Below are positions 7,836 to 9,331 of a stretch of DNA of 9,331 nucleotides, piece by piece. The notes beneath the pieces were generated by a model. It saw nothing but the letters and a program-made list of their open reading frames with translations. It made no database searches and was not told where the DNA came from. Both the position numbers and the translations under genes were made by a program. How positions within the stretch are numbered: the stretch's first letter is position 1; each line of letters begins with the position of its first letter. The stretch is from Azolla caroliniana. Its lineage: Eukaryota; Plantae; Polypodiophyta. The stretch lies in assembly GCA_043228905.1 (NCBI GenBank), contig JBHGNT010001369.1, positions 1 through 9,331 on the forward strand, in the 5' to 3' direction.

Positions 7836-7895
7836 GTCCGGCCAAAATAGGAGCCATTTGGCTGGACCATCCTAGCTATGTAGAGTTAGTTCCTA
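7823..7895 (+). promoter_or_regulatory. -1 programmed ribosomal frameshift signal (gypsy B)
   Basis: G TTA AAC at 7823-7829 in gag phase, 6 nt spacer, 11 bp stem 7836-7846/7857-7867. Loop TAGGAGC can pair with GTTCCTA at 7889-7895. Confidence 0.78.
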
Positions 7896-9331
7896 GTCGT
7901 GGTTCCATTTCATCAAATCAAGTGAGTCGAGTTTTTTCAGCACAAGTCGAGCTTACCACATCTACATGTCATCGAGTCCTAGCCTCTGCCCTTCTAGATT
8001 CTGGAGCCAACTCTTGTTTCATGGATCGTGAATTTGCCTTGTCACAAAACATCCTCTTGAATAAGCTTCCCAACCCAGTAGCCGTAGGAGTCATCGATGG
8101 ACGTCCCATAGCATCAGGAGATATAGTCGAGGAGTCCGAGCCAATTAGGATAGTTCTTGGCAATTTGGCAAGCCTAATCTCTTTCAATATTATTCGTAGT
8201 CCGGACCACCCAATAGTTCTAGGTCTCCCCTGGTTTGAACTCCATAACCCGAAGATTGATTGGATGAAAAGAACAATTGAGGAGACTCGGAAAAAAAGCA
8301 CAAATCCCGCATCCCTCTCTCCTACATGTGCTAATAGATCCCCGGAGTTATCGCCCATCTCTTTACGACAGTTGCGGGAGGAAGGGGGGAACGAGGCCAT
8401 GTTCGTCTTCGCAATAGTAGCAACTCCATCATCCACTTCACGTGACGCGGATATTAAACTACCAGAGAAATACAAGGAGTTTTCAGATGTCTTTGATAAG
8501 GTGAAGGCCAATACATTGCCGGAGCATCGGCCATATGACTGCCCTATTGACTTACAACCAGGGAAAGAACCTCCATGGGGCCCAATTTATAATCTCTCCC
8601 CTGTAGAGCTAGAGACTTTGCGGGAATATATTGATGAGAATCTGGCAAACGGATTCATTCGGCATTCTAGATCCCCTGCTGGTGCACCTATCTTCTTCGT
8701 TAAGAAGAAGAATGGGACTCTTCGGTTGGTCGTGGATTATCGAGGGCTAAACAAAGTGACTATCCGAAATAGATATGCTCTACCATTAATCCCGAATCTT
8801 TTGGAACGTCTCAGTGGTGCAAAATATTTCACGCAGTTGGACCTTCGCGGAGCATATAATCTAGTTCGGATTCGCCCGGGGGATGAATGGAAGACAGCTT
8901 TCCGCACTCGCTATGGACATTTTGAGTATACAGTGATGCCATTTGGTCTCACGAATGCACCTGCTGTTTTCCAACATATGGCGAACGATATTTTTCGAGA
9001 TTTTCTTGATATCTTCACTATAGTTTACCTAGATGATATTTTAATCTACTCAAAGACCCAAGAGGAGCATGATGCACATGTTCGTCAAGTACTGTGCCGA
9101 CTCCGAGAATATGGTCTCTACGCAAAATTAGAAAAGTGTAGTTTCGGCCAGAATCAAGTGGAATTTTTGGGGTATGTTGTATCGTCAAATGGTATTGCTA
9201 TGGACCCCATGAAGGTACAGGCAATTTTAGAGTGGCAAACGCCCCTTTCAGTGCGTGATGTGCAATGTTTTCTCGGGTTTGCAAATTTTTATCGAAAATT
9301 TATTAAAGATTATTCCAAGGTTGTGCTTCCG
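7829..9331 (+). CDS. pol: Gypsy pol (aspartic protease and reverse transcriptase), 3'-partial, -1 frame relative to gag; absent from the ORF track
   Basis: Manually translated open frame to the window end: ALLDSGANSCF (DSG 7997-8005), IVLGLPWF, SPAGAPIFFVKKK, VDYRGLN, DEWKTAFRT, VMPFGLTNAPAVFQ, YLDD (9026-9037), FLGFANFYRKF. Confidence 0.96.

Larger units (their letters stand above)
5965..9331 (+). mobile_element. Near-intact Ty3/gypsy element B (Tf1/sushi/Tcn1-like chromovirus group), runs off the window
   Basis: LTR, gag with CCHC knuckle, pol with PR then RT (gypsy order). Group assignment rests on motif resemblance; integrase and chromodomain are not in the window. Confidence 0.95.

Noticed and set aside
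7848-7850. TAG conserved in the stem-loop of both gypsies as an MLV-like readthrough codon
   Set aside because: Pol is in the -1 frame rather than the gag frame, and gag B already stops at 7833-7835, so frameshifting explains the junction.
7969-8511. 180 aa minus-strand ORF
   Set aside because: It is the antisense shadow of the open pol frame and has no recognisable motif.

Overview
This is eukaryotic, plant-like repeat DNA with no host gene. It is a stack of five nested LTR retrotransposon pieces, each interrupting the previous one: (1) a decayed Ty1/copia (LTR to 730, tRNA-iMet-type PBS, gag-protease relic to 1928); (2) an opposite-strand copia-type LTR from 1929; (3) decayed Ty3/gypsy element A (LTR 2611-3014, deleted gag, start of protease); (4) a decayed Ty1/copia (LTR ~3736-4188, gag-PR-integrase cut at 5964); (5) near-intact Ty3/gypsy element B (LTR 5965-6622, gag with one stop, open -1-frame pol with PR and RT running off the window). 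The gypsy elements look like the Tf1/sushi/Tcn1 chromovirus group, and a moss or other non-seed-plant host is an inference. Comparing the two divergent gypsy elements shows three shared features. Neither has a tRNA PBS; each instead has a different 11-12 nt PBS perfectly complementary to its own predicted transcript 5' end (Tf1-type self-priming). Both have a covarying slippery-site plus stem-loop/pseudoknot -1 frameshift signal. Both have heat-shock elements upstream of the TATA box. LTR B also holds an antisense tRNA-like A/B-box cassette and a G-quadruplex motif.
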